Shown here: positions 22,126 to 33,711 of the stretch, piece by piece
Layout: each line of letters starts with the position of its first letter
Numbering within the stretch: the first letter of the stretch is position 1
The notes under the pieces: generated by a model
What the model was told of the DNA's origin: nothing
The model's database searches: none
Seen by the model: only the letters and a program-made list of their open reading frames with translations
Program-made: the position numbers and the translations under genes
Origin: an uncultured Nitrososphaerales archaeon
Lineage (GTDB): Archaea > Thermoproteota > Nitrososphaeria > Nitrososphaerales > Nitrososphaeraceae
Assembly: GCA_963713605.1 (NCBI GenBank)
Contig: CAVQMO010000010.1
Coordinates: forward strand, 960,001 to 1,024,000
DNA: 64,000 bases
Reading direction: 5' to 3'

Positions 22126-22495
22126 ATGAGTCAGGAGAGACCGTGAAGCTTGAGAGATGGTATCAATCTAACAGCAAAACCGACCGGTACAGGTTGTGTT
22201 GACTGCTTAGGAACGGGCGGCTGGTGGCTACACCTCCGCAGATGCGCTGAATGTGGGCGAATTGGCTGCTTGCGATAACTCGCCAAACCAACATGCCTCA
22301 AAACACAATACGAGCACAGGCCATCCCATTATCACGAGCTTCGAGCACGGGGAGAATTGGTTCTACGATTACCGCACACAAGATTTCTTTACCGGGCCTA
22401 AGCTACCAGACCCCCACGCCCATCCCTTGGACCAACCCGTGCCTGGACCGGCTGGGCGGGTGCCCGCAGAATGGCAATCGCTCCTTCACGAATAA
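22126..22495 (+). CDS. UBP-type zinc finger protein, bacterial-type; TGA at 22144 (or TTG start at 22150) and frameshift near 22270
   Basis: PTGTGCVDCLGTGGWWLHLRRCAECGRIGC/CDNSPNQHASKH..GHPIITSFEHGENWFYDY; GC-rich. Confidence 0.85.
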
Positions 22496-22850
22496 AGTGC
22501 AAGTTGGTATATCATAAGAAAAGATAGAGTAGTAGTCTACATTGGTCTTATAATTACGCCATAATGGGGGGTTACAGTATTAGAGCAGGCTATGGATCGA
22601 AAACTTCTACTGTAGTTGAATAGATTACTTGACGAAAGCCTATTTGGAAGGTCCAGAGAATCTTTTGATGGTGAGTAAATACAATTAAGGTGGTCAAAAT
22701 ATCGATAGTAGTGCTAATTGTAATCAAGGGTTGGATGTTTATATTTTTTTTTATTTTTTTTTATTTTTAAATAAAAATAAATAAAATCCAATCCTGTAAA
22801 TAGTAGATATCGTTAAATGAATACAATATGAAGACTGCAAGAATTGTTAA

Positions 22851-22950
22851 CAACAATTTTAGATATCATACCCTATGATATGGTTCTCATTCTAATATGC
22901 TTGACGTATTGTTAAATCGTATGAATTGCTGTAGGGTACTATGGTTGGAT
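22851..22950. repeat. ~100 bp dispersed non-coding repeat, copy 2
   Basis: Matches 1231-1330 in the same orientation, with a 45-nt identical core. Confidence 0.9.
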
Positions 22951-23848
22951 CGAATCGATCGAGGGAACAAAATAAGGAAAAAGAATCGAACTTCTACTTG
23001 AAATGTAATCATAAATAGAATCTATCTATCTATTGCCGTGATTGTTGTCTAATTGATGAAATTATTGAGCTCAGGCGTTATGGCAAACTATGAATCACAT
23101 GTGTTCTGAAATATACGAACTCGTCATAGTTCTCACATATCAGTGAAAACCTAGACATTAGTAAACAACAATTGAAATCCAGATTCAAACCAACAACCAT
23201 TCGAAAAAGTGGTTTATGGTGCGTTGTAAAAAAATTAAGAGGGTTGTTGTAACTGATTTGAGTTAGTCTATGGCCTAGGTATCGAGCTAGGGTTATCAGG
23301 GATACATACATCTAGCCCCGTGAGAACCCGTTTGATTCTCGATTGGGCTTCCTGGTCTCCCCGGGAAGTGATCGTTACCTATTATTGGAAATCCTTCAAC
23401 TATGAAAGGTGATCGCCGTTGCTGGTTGTTCCAGGGCCATCATGCGGACGAATCGTGTATTATTACTGATTCACACGTACAACTTACCCCGGTGTTAAAT
23501 TGGCGGACGACTACCCAAAAAAAGTGAAATTAGTTTGAAAACCAAATATAGCCTTTTATATTTGTGGATTTAAACTGATCATGAAGATTGGTAGGGCTAA
23601 AATTGAGTGCAGATGCGATAGAAGGCATGAATCCTCAACTCTCAATATGGTTAAATCATGAATATAGGATTTTGAACCTAGTTTATACAAAATCAGCATT
23701 TTTGGATGAAGTATTATAAAAGTTTTATATGTAAATCACCATTTCTGAAAAAAATATAACTTGTATAAAATGGTTGATTAACGGTATCAATTAAGCGAGA
23801 TCATCAAGGAAGATAAGCAAAGCAGATGTAAGTATCTGTGTACAAGAA

Positions 23849-24386
23849 TTGAAAAAAGAAAGAAATGTATCAATAGAAAATATATTCGAAGCGTTATCGG
23901 ACAACAAAGCATTAGTTTTGTTCAATACTATCGCAATTACTACAGATGTCGACAATGGTGGTAATAATAGTCAAATTCAAATTCGAAAGTTGGGACTCAC
24001 AACAAGACAATACTACTCTAGAATAACAAGGTTAACAGAAACTGGTCTAATTAGAAGACAATGTGGCCGATATTCTCTAACTCTATTAGGTAAGATGATT
24101 TATGATATTCATATTACAGCATCCAGAGTTCTGAGTTACCACTGGAAACTCAAGGCAATAGAATCTATCCAGATGTCAAATCCTGTAGGCGGTACCAGAG
24201 GAAGAATTCTCTAAATTAGTTGATGCACTGATAGATGACAACAAAATAAAGAATATGGTTGCAAAAGCAATTTACCCCCAACTGACAAACAATGAAAAGT
24301 ATCCAAGACAACAACAACAAGAAGAAGAACCGCAATCAATCAAAGTACAAGCAGGTACAATGCGGCACCTCCACGGGGAGGTCTAA
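23849..24386 (+). CDS. winged-helix (ArsR-like) protein; frameshift near 24195
   Basis: IFEALSDNKALVLFNTI, LGLTTRQYYSRITRLTETGLI..GRYSLTLLGK, WKLKAIES; continues in another frame as EEFSKLVDALIDD. Confidence 0.7.
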
Positions 24387-26043
24387 TTTACAGAATCTGG
24401 CAACATATTGCGGACACCATTATGTTGACTTGCGAATATAAACCTCCTCGAACATAGGGCCTACGTTGTTTTGCTTACTTAAAAGAAGCAAAATCATAAT
24501 GTCTTTTTATGAGTTATTTTCATTATTTTAACTGTGGGCAATGTGTGCGTTAGTATCTAGAAAGGATACTTAGTCCTCTTTTTGCACTCTCAACTGATTC
24601 CATTTACAAGGATATGTTCAGGATACAGTTTCCGATTATTTGCTCGAATTATACTTTACTAAGTACTGAAACATCACTCTAATGTTGGTACTTTCTATAA
24701 TTTGTCACTCTACGAAGTTAATCAAGTATTATTAGTACAAGCAGTCACTAAGAAGGGAGAAGGAGCGCCTACAACTTTTAAATTCTGTAGGCAGTACTTC
24801 TCTATCTTTGAAATTCATGCCTGTAAATGCAGACAGGGAGGGACCACTATCTATGCATTAAGATTTAAATTGCCTACTAAAACTTGGAACATCATGATAG
24901 CATCCAACATAGAAAATCATGGCATCATGCTAATAATTACTGGAATTGTATTTGCTTCTGTACTCTATCCAGAGGATACAAAGGCCTCTATATTGGGTGG
25001 AATAGATGAACCAACTGGGTATGCTTATGGTGACGTGTTCAATGCAGAGGAGGAAAATGCAACATTCACTTCAGAATTAAATCAAACAGCAAAAGAAAAT
25101 AATACTAGAACCCAAAAGTAAGCGCTCATTGTCTCCTTGTTACTAGTTCTAGTATGCCTCATTCCAACTACACGATCTATTGCGATTAAGAAGTTAAACT
25201 TTGAATTCAGTAGTATCTACACACAAGTCCTTTTCATAGATAGGCGACCACCAACTTTAGCGGCCATTCTTCCTTGTAAGTCGTCAAGAGTCATTTTAAG
25301 ACGTGGATCCGAGTCTTGATCACGTAAACTAGTATCAAATTTATCATGGATTGACTTAACCTCAGCAATATGGGAATTAATTATGGAAGTCATTCTTCTT
25401 ATTTAGTGATACACAATGTCCTGCGTTATGACTTCACTGCAAACATCAGCTCGGAGTAGAAATCTGATGTCGTGTCCAATAGATCTTCGTAGGCATCTAT
25501 CTGTTGAGATGACAACGAGTACCTATTTAGAACTCTAACTTAGCTTAGCTCTTACTATATTTGATCTCAGATTGTTAGAATTCATGTTCCACATAATTTG
25601 CGAGGTGTAAATTCATTCCAGATTATTTTCACTTAGAGATTTACACTCTATATTACCGATATAACGTGTCCGTTACTGGTATGCTCCTTTAACTTAACAA
25701 ACTTTATAATCGACACGGGTGAAAAATCGGGTGAAAACCGACTGCCTGCTGAATTCGGGTCACGGCGTGTTGAATTAGGGGTATGCTACAATTCTGCGAG
25801 TAGACAAACCAAGAATGACAATTTCATCAAAGATTACAAGCAAGCTTTTCGTATGATAGAATGTGACCATGATTGACGCAAGACGCCTGGTATTCAGAAC
25901 AAAATCGATATTCCAGCCACTCAGTCGGCGGGAGGCAATCATGAACAGTACCCACCTTCCGCTTCTCGTCATCCTAGTCGTCGTCTTGGCGCAGCACGCG
26001 AGCATCTTCATATCGTCGGGAGGTAGTTCTGATGGAGGGTACC

Positions 26044-26688
26044 ATGGCACAGGTTAACTGGTACATCGAAGGGGCCGAGTTCAGCAATTGCAACTGCGAC
26101 TACGCCTGTCCTTGTCAGTTCGAGTCACGCCACCCCACTCACGGAGACTGTCGCGGCTTCGCGGGCGTTCGCATCGATAAGGGCCACTTTGGAGACGTGG
26201 CGCTCGATGGCCTCGGCGCAGCCCTTCTCTACGCCTGGCCGGGACCGATCTACGAGGGCAACGGTGAGATTCAGGCCGTCATCGATGAGCGGGCGGACGG
26301 CAAGCAACGAGACGCTCTTGCTACCGTCCTGTACGGTGGCGAGACCAACGAGGGGGCGACCCATTGGTGGGTCTATCGGATGATGTCAAGCACCGTCCAT
26401 CCCCCGCTTTTCAAACACATCGAGTTTGACGTGAATATCGAGCGCCGAAAAGCACGCATCGTGATCCCCGACGTGCTCGAGTCCACCGCCCGTCCGATCC
26501 GAAGCCCTGCGACGGGGGCTGAGCATCGCGTCCGCATCAACCTCCCAAATGGGATCGAGTTCGACCTCGCGGAGATCGGCAGCGGTACCACCAAGACGAT
26601 GGCCTCAATTGCCCTCGACCTCAAGGACACCTATTTTCATTTTACTGTTCTGCGACAGTCGGGCAAGGGGGTGGTCCGCTCACGATAG
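26044..26688 (+). CDS. DUF1326 family protein, bacterial-type
   Basis: NCNCDYACPCQF..PTHGDC, WPGPIYEGNG..IDERA..QRDAL; GGAGG RBS at 26034-26038; strongly GC-rich. Confidence 0.85.
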   Translation: MAQVNWYIEGAEFSNCNCDYACPCQFESRHPTHGDCRGFAGVRIDKGHFGDVALDGLGAALLYAWPGPIYEGNGEIQAVIDERADGKQRDALATVLYGGETNEGATHWWVYRMMSSTVHPPLFKHIEFDVNIERRKARIVIPDVLESTARPIRSPATGAEHRVRINLPNGIEFDLAEIGSGTTKTMASIALDLKDTYFHFTVLRQSGKGVVRSR

Positions 26689-26761
26689 AATCCAACCGTC
26701 TCCAACTCCAGTTCAAAAATAAAACTATTATCTTATCAAGTTCTTTCATTTAACCAAGAAC

Positions 26762-27649
26762 TTGCAGTATTATATAGGGTGTTCTGGATGGTCTTATTCA
26801 TCTTGGCAAGGACCATTCTATCCAAAGAGTATTGAAAATTCTAAATGGTTAAAATATTATTCGAAGGTCTTTAATTATGTTGAAATAGACTCATCATTCT
26901 ATAGAATTCCGAATGAATTCATGGTCAAGAATTGGTATAATCGGACCCCTGAAAACTTTCGATTCACTGCAAAATTCCCTAAAATTATAACACACGACAA
27001 AAGACTGTCAGATTTCGATGGGGATCAACTACGTTATTTCTTTAACTCTATCTCCGAATTAAAGGAAAAATTACTGGCATTACTAATTCAGTTACCACCC
27101 TCAATAGATATTGTTGAAGGTCTTGATGCTCTCAGAAATATCCTTCCTTATCTTGATAAAGGTTTCAGATATGCAGTAGAAGTAAGACATAGATCATGGT
27201 TTCAGGATCTTGCATACAATTTCTTCAGGAACAATCAGATGTGTCTTGTCTGGAGTCAACTCGCAGATATTCGAACACCTCCAATAGTTACTTCGGATTT
27301 TATTTATGTTAGGTTAATTGGAGATAGAAGTATACAGGAAAAAGATTTTGGGCGAATCCAAATTGACAGGATTAAGGAAATGAAGAAAGTTGCGCGCAAC
27401 TTCACAGATGATACCGATCGAGGAAATATGTCTGGTGTAAAATTTTCAATCGTCGCCGCGAATAATCATTACGCCGGCTTTGGTCCTGGCACAGTAAACA
27501 TATTCAGACAATTAATAGGCATGCAGGAGGTGAAATGGGGGGATGAATTTATCACAACTAATGATCTGGAAAAGGGCAATCACGAAGGTGTGAACAGACG
27601 CCGCACTATTAAGACTAAACAAACGAGTATGTCTGACTTTCTAAACTGA
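26762..27649 (+). CDS. DUF72 (UPF0759) TIM-barrel protein with C-terminal PIP-box-like motif
   Basis: YIGCSGWSY..W.G.FYP, VEIDSSFYRIP, FTAKFPK.ITH, LIQLPPS, AVEVRHRSW, YVRLIG, NNHYAG; C-terminus QTSMSDFL. Confidence 0.9.
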   Translation: MQYYIGCSGWSYSSWQGPFYPKSIENSKWLKYYSKVFNYVEIDSSFYRIPNEFMVKNWYNRTPENFRFTAKFPKIITHDKRLSDFDGDQLRYFFNSISELKEKLLALLIQLPPSIDIVEGLDALRNILPYLDKGFRYAVEVRHRSWFQDLAYNFFRNNQMCLVWSQLADIRTPPIVTSDFIYVRLIGDRSIQEKDFGRIQIDRIKEMKKVARNFTDDTDRGNMSGVKFSIVAANNHYAGFGPGTVNIFRQLIGMQEVKWGDEFITTNDLEKGNHEGVNRRRTIKTKQTSMSDFLN

Positions 27650-28363
27650 ATATTAAGAGGACACTGTTATTGATGACAACGTAACCAATGATGGTGATTT
27701 TGAGGAGGAGGAAGAATTTAGTGAAGGCAATGACCTTGTTTCCAGATGAAACAAGTTATTTTTGAACCCTAGCAAGCCTTAATGGGATTCTTCTTGTTTG
27801 AAACATGAGCTTTTTCTATCATGTTGATCTTCAGTAAAGTAAAGAATGAAATTATGCTGCAATTGCTGTGTACCTCATGATAGTTCACATTCCATGTCGA
27901 GTTATTTCTTGTGGAAAGTGTTTCTTATTGATATTTGCTTGGAAGTAGTAGGCAGACACCATTAAACCCCCACCATGGTATATATCGGAGATATTGGCAG
28001 CTGTAGTTGCCTTAAAATTCTGGATCGGATATCGCCGCCAAAAGAAGTCCTGGAAGATCAACTCAGAATATCACTTGATATCTAATTGAAGATGAGGAAA
28101 TAGACAGGTCGAAAATAATTAGGCGTTACAGTAGAAGGGTTGCAAAAATCTGGCGAGACATGAATATTGATGGACACGAGGTAACCTCTGAGCAATCTCT
28201 ACTACAGGTAGTCATGTGAAGACAACTAAACTGTATCAATTCATTTATTCTTGTAGAGGAGAGTGTCGTCAAAATCTGTTGATATGTCTCCATTTTATAA
28301 GGCATCATTCTCTCTATCTATCACCGAATCCCAGGTTGACAATAACCTTTTATTGTTAGATCT

Positions 28364-28669
28364 CTAATAATCATCATAATCAGTTCTTGTTGCCCGCTCC
28401 TTCTCTTCCACTTTTTTGAAATACCTAATATCGTCCTCCAACTCTTTTGTCGGGTTGGAAGAGTTTTCCGAGCGAACCTTATCATTTTCTTCCATCATTC
28501 TGTCTACAAGATGTACTCGCCATGCCTTGTAGAAGTGTAGGGCCTGCGATTCTTTAAGGTCAGGGACAGGTACAAATCGAGATGCGTCTATTTTTCCGTC
28601 GTTGATTTCATTTTCGATAAATTGGATGCACTTTGATACCATCATGGTGTCAATTTCTCTCCATTCCAT
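28364..28669 (-). CDS. hypothetical protein
   Basis: 101-aa ORF with natural charged/helical composition; no family recognised. Confidence 0.45.
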   Translation of the reverse strand: MEWREIDTMMVSKCIQFIENEINDGKIDASRFVPVPDLKESQALHFYKAWRVHLVDRMMEENDKVRSENSSNPTKELEDDIRYFKKVEEKERATRTDYDDY

Positions 28670-29036
28670 TTCATTATCTTTCCTTTCTCTAAAAAGTTCT
28701 AGTCATCCTGTATTAATCTATTGATGGTTACATTATCGGAAGGGAACCATTTAAGTCATGAGTGGTAGTCGAGTAAAGTCTACATATGATACTTTTTAAT
28801 CGCATTGATTGCGATATTTACAGTGTCTTTTCAGATACACAAAGTTGATTCAACACTCTTTATTCGATATTCTAATAGGACAACGGATCCAGCTGTTTCA
28901 GACGTTTGTCACATATTCTCGAACTTTTTCAATGCCGCATGTATTTCCTCAGCAATGTCCTTGGAAACAATCGCCTCTAGTATGGCACGGTTCCTCTCCT
29001 CTCATAAATTGATTGCCGTGAATCTCGGATTTTTCG

Positions 29037-30348
29037 TTATTGTAAGAGAAGAAAAGGAATTGCAAGATCTATCATTTCTTGTGGTGAAAAATCGCTATGA
29101 TCACAACCGCATAATATCACCAGGCCTATTTGCATGCTGGGATTAAATCCTATTATGCTAGTATATCCGTCGATTGAACCGGTATGTGAAATAACCTCTT
29201 TCCCAAAATCCGTCGTCACTGTCCACCCTAAACCTATGTAGTCTTTAAGCGATTTATAATTAGAAGATTGTCCAAACGAGTGTCTTATTTGGTGGGTTTC
29301 ATGCATTGCGTCATTAATTTTAGTTTCTATCAATCCCATGTTTGCTGACAGATACTTTAGCAAGTCATTGGTTGTAGAATACATTGCGCCCGCCGACTGA
29401 ATTGTTTCTGGTATAAACTCCAGATTGATTTCTTTGCCTGCGATATGGCCTTTAGCAAATCTAGATTTGATATCCTCAGGAACTGATATTCCTGTTGCAT
29501 TCATACGCATACCGGTACTATCCATGGCAAGAACATCAAGAATTCTATCCTTTACTAGTTGATCAAATGAAACACCGGCCCTTAGAGATAAAATATGACC
29601 TAAAAGACCCATCCCTATGTCAGAGTAATTTGCTTTAGTCCCGGGTTCATTTGATAGAGTTGCATTTGAAAGAAAGTCATAGACCTGTTGAGTGGTGTAA
29701 CTGTTGTTTCTAATCCAGCCCACTGGGAAATCGGGCAAACCTGAAGTGTGAGTTGCCAAATCCTCAAGTGTTATTTTGTGTCCAGTGTAAGAGGGGACCG
29801 TTACATTGTCGGTTGGAAGATATTTTTCGATGGGATCATCTAGACTGACCAAGCCTTGTTTTACCATGTCTGCCAAAATAATTGTTACAAATGTTTTTGA
29901 TATGGATGCTATGTCAAACACAATATCACCATCAACCTTCGTATTATTTGAACTTGAAATGTTCCCGAATCCAGAAACCTGAGTTCCATTTGTAGTTACA
30001 ATGCCCACAACAATGGGGATGGAGGAATTGGACATAGCAACATTGACTGGATGATTTATTTGATGGTTGGTTAAATACTATTTCCTTGAACTGTTCCAAT
30101 AATGAATTTGATATTTCATGGTTAGAAGAACAATTGGAATTATTCGTAATGGAAGTCTGTTGCTGACTGTATGCCAATTGAAATTCATTTTGAATAAAAT
30201 CGTTACAGAAAATAGAAAAGGACAACATGAGCAAAGCCAATAAAAATATATCTAAAGATAGTTTTCCGTAAATCAAATATCCTTGGCATCTCTTTTTTCG
30301 TATAAAAGCGTTTATCATTTTGTACCTTAAGAAACCCCTTTTCATCAA
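29037..30348 (-). CDS. serine hydrolase, beta-lactamase class C-like, with N-terminal membrane anchor; frameshift near 30040, start uncertain
   Basis: FDIASISKTF (SxxK), LATHTSGLP, YSD, SAGAMYST..DL, HTGSIDGY. Confidence 0.85.
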
Positions 30349-30389
30349 TAGGTAAAATAATCATAATATATCGACAAAACAAACTAGTC

Positions 30390-30428
30390 GAACCCAAAGT
30401 TTAGGTCAAAAATGGTTTACACACCCTT
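30390..30428. repeat. repeat 'A' (39 bp)
   Basis: GAACCCAAAGTTTAGGTCAAAAATGGTTTACACACCCTT matches 59998-60036 at 33 of 39 positions. Confidence 0.8.
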
Positions 30429-30481
30429 AAGCTCAAGTTTGGTTTTTATCTCAATTGATAAGAGCATGTCCTACCCATGTT

Positions 30482-30732
30482 CATTCCAGAAAACCAACTG
30501 GAGTGGTGCTTGTGATGCGGAAGCGAAATTGGCTAAACCCACGTTGGTTATAACTGGAACAGACGATAATGACTACATGCCCCATGGAAATGCTTTAATT
30601 CTTGCAAGCAAAATTCCAGGAGCCTGGCTCGTACAGATGAAAGATGCTGGTCATGCAGTAATGAATCAATACCCGGCTGAGATTGGTAAGATATTAAATA
30701 CATTTCTATCGACTACTAGCCCAAACAATTGA
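30482..30732 (+). pseudogene. C-terminal fragment of an alpha/beta hydrolase
   Basis: KPTLVITGTDD..PHGNALILASKIPGAWLVQMKDAGHAVMNQYP; the nucleophile-containing N-terminal half is absent. Confidence 0.75.
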
Positions 30733-30868
30733 ATCATCCATTGAATGAAGAATGAACTGAATTTGGGATCTAGCTACGAAATGATTCTATACACTGAAAC
30801 ATTCTTCTAGGCAGGATATCTCCCATACTGGTTATGAGCCCCCTTTACCTACGGGAATCTAACCCATT

Positions 30869-30895
30869 TTGGGCCCACCTTAAGTGGGTTGAAAA
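30869..30895. repeat. palindromic repeat 'B', degenerate copy
   Basis: TTGGGCCCACCTTAAGTGGGTTGAAAA resembles 60035-60062 and 58559-58586. Confidence 0.75.
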
Positions 30896-31015
30896 GGTTT
30901 ATAGCTTTGTCAATCCATCACAAATGCGGGTTTATAGGCAAGATATTTCAACTGATGTTAACTGGCAATTCTTATCGCATTCACCGGTCTCTCGAGTTAC
31001 AATATAGTATCCACT

Positions 31016-31486
31016 TCATTGTAGACCAAGAGCATCTTTCAGATCTATTTCGTGATCCTGTTCTTGTCTAATAATATCACTTAATGCTTCAGAAAGGGCA
31101 AATTCGCCTGATCTTTCAGCCTGTCGTATTCTCTCCCTATAGTTCTTGATAGTCTCTTGTTCAGCTTTGAGATCCAATTCAAGCATTGTCTTTGAATCCT
31201 CCGAATACTCTGCCACCTTGCTTTTCATAGTTGGGTCTCCGCCAAGATAGTCGATCTGCCTGGCTATTTCAAGTGCATGTGAAAGCTCCTGTGAAGCGTG
31301 CTTTTTTAACTGTCCTGCTATATCTCCATATTCCGCACCCTTCAGTGTAGAACTATAGACTACGTATTGAATAATCGCCTTGTATTCTCTTGCTAGATCT
31401 TCATTTAAGCCTTTAATTATTTCGTCCCTGTTTGAAGATGAACCTTGTTCTCCCGCATCAGCTGCTTCATAATTGCTATTTGACAT
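31016..31486 (-). CDS. bacterioferritin-like protein, copy 2
   Basis: Closely similar to the 4406..4873 protein (EIIKGLNEDLAREYKAIIQYVVYSSTLKGAEY...EQDHEIDLKDALGL). Confidence 0.85.
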   Translation of the reverse strand: MSNSNYEAADAGEQGSSSNRDEIIKGLNEDLAREYKAIIQYVVYSSTLKGAEYGDIAGQLKKHASQELSHALEIARQIDYLGGDPTMKSKVAEYSEDSKTMLELDLKAEQETIKNYRERIRQAERSGEFALSEALSDIIRQEQDHEIDLKDALGLQ

Positions 31487-31624
31487 CTAATTTTCCCATT
31501 ATTTAGATATGCAATATGAGGTATAAGAATATCATTCAAACATAGCGATAAAAGTAAAAGGCATTTGAGAAGAGTTAGAAGTCTGTACATTGTCATTCCA
31601 ATAGATGTAACCAAAGTAAGATTT

Positions 31625-31840
31625 TCAAATATTCCAACTGATAGAATTTGATCTTTTTTGCAAGAATGATATCAGGGTTAATAGTGGAGGAGCACCACAA
31701 ATCTTGACTACATCAATAAACGGAGAAATAATCTCAAAGTTTTCTCTATCTAATCCTTGTAATTTATATTTAATATAGGTTAGCCCTTCTTTTCTAGGCT
31801 TTACGTTATCTACCCTTTCTTTAATGGAATCATGAAGCAA
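31625..31840 (-). pseudogene. comA: phosphosulfolactate synthase N-terminal fragment
   Basis: KPRKEGLTYI..K...FEIISPFIDVVKI.G resembles the ComA N-terminus (KPRxxGLT, IDxxKxG); only ~60 aa remain. Confidence 0.6.
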
Positions 31841-32155
31841 TATTACGATTCTGAATTATGCAAAATGTACATATATTGAAGTTATGACATACGCAGAAAA
31901 AATCAGATGTATTAAGTCTATGCAGATAAATCAGATTTATTGCATAATAATAGCTGACATACGGTAATTTTTCGATTTGTTATTTCGACGACATGTCGCC
32001 CATAGAAAATACTATCCTAACAAATGAAATTTAGTCATCAAATACATATTTGCATACATCTATAAATCTCTGTTATTAAAATGTCTCCTTTCTAACATAT
32101 CTATTCCATTCCTGCGTATAAAATTAGTATAATGCATGTTTAAGAGCAGTAATAT

Positions 32156-33332
32156 GTGCCCCATAGTATTATTTGGATACTAGATATGTCAACAAGAACA
32201 CGAAAACCCGCGATGGGGAATCCATTACTAACTGTATCGGTCGTCTTAGTAGTAGCTGTAATGCTCCTTAACACAAGCATTACTCATACTGCATTTGCAC
32301 AACAAAAATCCCTAAGACTAGGATACTTCCCGAACATAAATCATGCACAAGGGGTAATCGGAATAGGAGATGGAAGCTTTCAGAAAACGTTAGGAGATAA
32401 TGTAACTTTAGATACAGTTGTATTCAATGCAGGACCCACAGCAATCGAATCTTTACTTGCAGGAAGACTTGATGCAACGTATATCGGGCCAAATCCCGCA
32501 GTTAATGGATACGTAGTTTCTAATGGACAAGCAGATAGAGTAATTGCTGGTGCCACAAGTGGAGGTGCTTCTTTTGTAGTGAGAAATGATTCGGACATTA
32601 ATTCTGCACAAGATTTAGGAGGTAAAAAATTTGCTTCTCCTCAACTCGGTAACACACAGGATATAGCGTTGAGAAAGTACTTGAGTGACAACGGATTTAA
32701 CACAGTAGAGAATGGGGGAAACGTTACAGTCCTTCCAATAGCTAACGCAGATATACTCACCACATTTCTGAAAAAAGAGATAGATGGAGCGTGGGTTCCT
32801 GAACCATGGGCAACACGATTAGTAAATGAAGCTGGTGGAAAAATACTTCTAGATGAACGAGACTTGTGGCCGCCAGAAGGTAAATTTGTTACAGCACATC
32901 TAATTGTCAGCCCTGATTATCTAAAGCAAAATCCAGATGTGATCAAAAGGTTGTTGACAGCTCACGTGAATGAGACACAATGGATTAATGAACACAAAGA
33001 TGAGGTTCCAGAAGTTTTCAATACGGAACTTAAAAAGTCTCACAGGTCAGACCATACCAGAGGACACGCTCACCGAGGCACTCACAAGGCTGGAGTTTAC
33101 GAATGACCCAATTAAGCTATCACTCTTTCAATCAGCCAATGATGCATATGACCTAGGATTTCTAGCAAAAGGGAAGGATCGTCCTGATCTAACTGGAATA
33201 TACGATCTTACATTACTTGATCAGGTGTTAAGTGAGAAAGGATTGCCGACAATAGAAGTCACGGAAGGAGTTCAACCACTAGCCACTAGTAACGCTACAA
33301 ACCAGACTCAGGGATTGACAGATGTAGCGTAG
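32156..33332 (+). CDS. ssuA: aliphatic sulfonate/nitrate-type ABC substrate-binding protein; frameshift near 33035
   Basis: LRLGYFPNINHAQG, FNAGPTAIESLLAG.LDATYIGPNPA, ASPQLGNTQDIALR, DGAWVPEPWA. Confidence 0.85.
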
Positions 33333-33528
33333 CAAAGAAATAGAAATGTGAGATGATATGGCAGGTTAAAATACCTCAAATTTTTTTATTCTTTTTTCTA
33401 TTCCTATAATTTGATCTTATATTTTTGACCTATTAATGTTACAGAAAACTGTCGTCTTAGATCCGTTTCAGTAAGAGAACGGATTACCAAGCAATCAAGA
33501 TGGTAATTCATACTTCGGGAACAGGCAT

Positions 33529-33711
33529 GTGTATAGGAAAAAATCCAATCACTCTTGTGCAGCGATACTCTATGTTTGTTCCATCAAGAATGGTGAGACG
33601 ATGAAACAAATAGACATAGCAAGGGTAGCAGGCATTAGTGATGCTGGCTTAAGAATCAGAATTAAAGATATTGTTCACAACAAGAATCAGGTGAGGGTAC
33701 ATTCAAAATAA
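33529..33711 (+). pseudogene. tfb: transcription initiation factor TFB C-terminal fragment
   Basis: GKNPITL (alternate frame) plus AAILYVCSIKNGETMKQIDIARVAGISDAGLRIRIKDI, the HTH of the second cyclin repeat. Confidence 0.65.

Noticed and set aside
22144..22146. In-frame TGA in the UBP zinc-finger gene as selenocysteine
   Set aside because: It lies in the non-conserved leader, not at a Cys position; no SECIS was seen, and TTG at 22150 offers an alternative start.
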